A DNA stretch of 63,847 bases from a virus (Duplodnaviria > Caudoviricetes), in IMG/VR virus record IMGVR_UViG_3300033145_001771, positions 1 to 63,847 of that record. One strand, written 5' to 3'. The stretch's first letter is position 1, and the number at the start of each line of letters is the position of its first letter. A program made the translations under genes and the position numbers. The notes below the pieces were generated by a model, which searched no databases, had not been told where the DNA came from, and saw only the letters and a list, made by a program, of their open reading frames with translations. This document shows, one piece after another, positions 61,620-63,847 of the stretch.

Positions 61620-62999
61620 ATGGGAGTGATGAATATGCACCATAAAATAATCATTGGCGACTGCATTGAAGTTGTGAAGACCTTGCCGAACAACTCGATT
61701 GATTCAGTCGTTACTGACCCGCCATATGAATTAGGATTTATGGGCAAGCATTGGGATTCAACAGGCATTGCTTACAACCTCGATATGTGGAAAGAAGTTT
61801 ATCGCCTTCTAAAGCCCGGCGGACATCTCTTATCCTTCGGCGGAACTCGAACATATCACAGGATGGCATCAGCAGTTGAAGACGCTGGCTTTGAAATTAG
61901 AGATATGATTCTTTGGATTCATGGACAAGGATTTCCAAAATCGCTGGATGTGAGCAAGGCGATTGATAAGATGATGGAGTATGCTGAAAGGCGTGGTTAT
62001 TTGGATACGCCAACCGGCGGGCTTCATGGAGGGAGCGGCTTTACTGTTGGTAGATTTACAGGAAGACAATTAAAACCAGAACCATATTCTCCCGAAGCAA
62101 AAACATGGAACGGCTGGGGCACGGCACTAAAACCCGCCTGTGAGCCGATTGTGATGGCACGAAAGCCGTTGGGCGAGAAGACGGTCGCCGAGAACGTCTT
62201 GAAGTATGGGACGGGTGCGATTGATGTTGATGGGGGGAGGATTGGAGTAGAAATCATTCCAGCACAAGAAAGGGGTAATGCCATTAATGTTTCATTTCAA
62301 AGTGGTGGTTTTACTCAAGAGCATCAAGGTCGCTTCCCTTCCAACGTCATCATCGACGAGGTTGCGGCGGAGATGTTGGATGGGCAGAGTGGGGTAAGCG
62401 TTACAAGACCCCATGACGGAGATGGAAAGTTATTAGACACTCGCCAAGTGGGGTGGGGATTCAAGCGATTACCATGTGATATTTCGGACTCTGGCGGTGC
62501 CTCCCGCTTCTTCTACGTCGCAAAAGCATCGGCGAAAGAACGCTGGTTCGTGTGCAAGGTCTGTGGCGATGCATACAACGACAGGTCGAAGCACGAAAAA
62601 CACTCGATGCACTGCGATGATTGTGGGGTGGATTTCCAACCGTCGTTTACGTTGGGCACCGCTCTATGTGTGGCAGAAACAGGAGATACAAGAATACCAA
62701 AAAATCCTACCATTCACGATGACCACAACACGCACTCCAACCTAATCGGACACCCGACGCAGAAACCGCTCAAACTCATCGAATACCTTGTTAAATTGGT
62801 CACGCCACCAGATGGCACAGTTTTAGACCCGTTCTTGGGGAGTGGTACGTTGACGGTGGCGGCAAGAAACTTAGGTTTTAATTCTATCGGCATCGAGCAG
62901 GACGATACGTGGATTCCCGTTTATAGACGTCGGTTAAGGTTGAACGAGCAACTCCCAACAGGCGATGTAACGTATGAAATTGTGAGGTTCCAAGAATGA
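61620..62999 (+). CDS. N6/N4 DNA methyltransferase (beta class) with Zn-finger insert
   Basis: TDPPY, GFPKS, GRFPSN, CKVC/CDDC, HPTQKP, DPFLGSGT. Confidence 0.92.
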   Translation: MGVMNMHHKIIIGDCIEVVKTLPNNSIDSVVTDPPYELGFMGKHWDSTGIAYNLDMWKEVYRLLKPGGHLLSFGGTRTYHRMASAVEDAGFEIRDMILWIHGQGFPKSLDVSKAIDKMMEYAERRGYLDTPTGGLHGGSGFTVGRFTGRQLKPEPYSPEAKTWNGWGTALKPACEPIVMARKPLGEKTVAENVLKYGTGAIDVDGGRIGVEIIPAQERGNAINVSFQSGGFTQEHQGRFPSNVIIDEVAAEMLDGQSGVSVTRPHDGDGKLLDTRQVGWGFKRLPCDISDSGGASRFFYVAKASAKERWFVCKVCGDAYNDRSKHEKHSMHCDDCGVDFQPSFTLGTALCVAETGDTRIPKNPTIHDDHNTHSNLIGHPTQKPLKLIEYLVKLVTPPDGTVLDPFLGSGTLTVAARNLGFNSIGIEQDDTWIPVYRRRLRLNEQLPTGDVTYEIVRFQE

Positions 63000-63847
63000 C
63001 ACATCATCGCATCATCATCGGAAACTGCATCGAGGCGATGAAGACGATACCAGATGAAAGCGTCAATCTGGTGGTAACGTCGCCTCCGTACTGGGGCCTG
63101 CGAACGTATGGCGAAGAGGCAGTAACGATTTGGGGTGGTGACCCAGACTGCGAGCACGTGTGGAGAGAAGAGAAGGTGACTCTCGCTCACGAGAATCGCA
63201 ACTTCCAGAAGGGTACACAAGAATCGGTTCACGGCAAGAAGGGAACGACATACATCAAAAAGTTCGATGATAAATCATCGGGATTCTGCCAGAAGTGCGG
63301 TGCTTGGCGAGGACAACTGGGGTTAGAACCCACATGGCAGATGTATGTTGACCACCTCGTTGAGGTGTCCAGAGAGATAAAGAGGGTGCTCAGAAAGGAT
63401 GGTTCGTATTATTTGAATTTGGGGGATACGTATGCTGGGAGTGGAAAGGGAAGTTATGGCCCACCAGACCCAAAATATCCACAAGGACGGCCAGGTGGTG
63501 ATTGGATTCCGCCGCACAGAGCCAAAAGTCACCCAGTTGATAAAGTTACTGTTTCAAAACAAAAACTCCTCATTCCGTATCGGGTTGCGATTGCGTTGCA
63601 GGAGGATGGCTGGATTTGTCGCAATGATATTACATGGTACAAGCCAAACTCGATGCCGTCGAGCGTGAGGGATAGGTTGACGACCACAACCGAGAGGATT
63701 TTTCACTTCGTTAAGAGTCGGCGGTATTTTTACGATTTGGATGCGATACGGGTGCCACATAAAACGTCTATTGAAGATTTAGAGCGAAGGATAAACGCAG
63801 ATAGATTGGGTACGACAAAAACCAAAAAGAATCTTGACGCATTGCTT
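62996..63847 (+). CDS. N4/N6 DNA methyltransferase, N-terminal part (continues at 41..1072)
   Basis: MTHHRIIIGNC, VTSPPYWGLR, GQLGLE, LNLGDTY, WYKPNSMP, YFYDLDAIR; ATG overlaps the previous TGA. Confidence 0.9.
   Translation, partial: MTHHRIIIGNCIEAMKTIPDESVNLVVTSPPYWGLRTYGEEAVTIWGGDPDCEHVWREEKVTLAHENRNFQKGTQESVHGKKGTTYIKKFDDKSSGFCQKCGAWRGQLGLEPTWQMYVDHLVEVSREIKRVLRKDGSYYLNLGDTYAGSGKGSYGPPDPKYPQGRPGGDWIPPHRAKSHPVDKVTVSKQKLLIPYRVAIALQEDGWICRNDITWYKPNSMPSSVRDRLTTTTERIFHFVKSRRYFYDLDAIRVPHKTSIEDLERRINADRLGTTKTKKNLDALL
63808..63847. repeat. Terminal direct repeat (assembly overlap), right copy
   Basis: Identical to 1-40. Confidence 0.95.

Noticed and set aside
1-63847. CRISPR or mini-CRISPR array
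   Set aside because: No regularly spaced identical repeats with unique spacers were seen; the 57-bp repeats are coding and the 15-bp junction motif is irregularly spaced.

Overview
The window appears to be a complete, circularly assembled genome (40-bp terminal overlap, about 63.8 kb, AT-rich) of a tailed (Caudoviricetes, siphovirus-like) virus of an archaeon, probably an anaerobe. Archaeal signals are an HMf-type histone, Alba, an AEP primase, PolB, RadA-like ATPase, ERCC4 nuclease, BRE/TATA promoters, GGAGGTGA-type RBS and a class III RNR. Layout: early micro-ORFs with structured RNAs (1-4.5 kb); packaging, head and tail operon on + (4.6-29.4 kb); a glycan synthesis/modification cluster plus Alba, primase, PolB and QueD/QueE on - (29.6-50.6 kb); repair, recombination and nucleotide genes plus three tandem orphan DNA methyltransferases on + (50.7 kb to the junction). 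No integrase, CRISPR array, RT, helicase or PCNA was recognised. Most notable: (1) a head-module enzyme cargo, with an ATP-dependent DNA ligase and a LigD 3'-phosphoesterase fused to the prohead protease/scaffold, and an upstream ASCH-methyltransferase-PolBeta-type nucleotidyltransferase protein, suggesting a virion-delivered end-healing/joining kit; (2) virus-encoded histone and Alba variants; (3) a five-copy dispersed 130-180 bp non-coding element with a central palindrome and fixed motif spacing; (4) an anticodon-less tRNA mimic and two long structured RNAs; (5) several frame-breaking lesions and apparent GATC avoidance. All calls come from reading motifs by eye; no searches were run.
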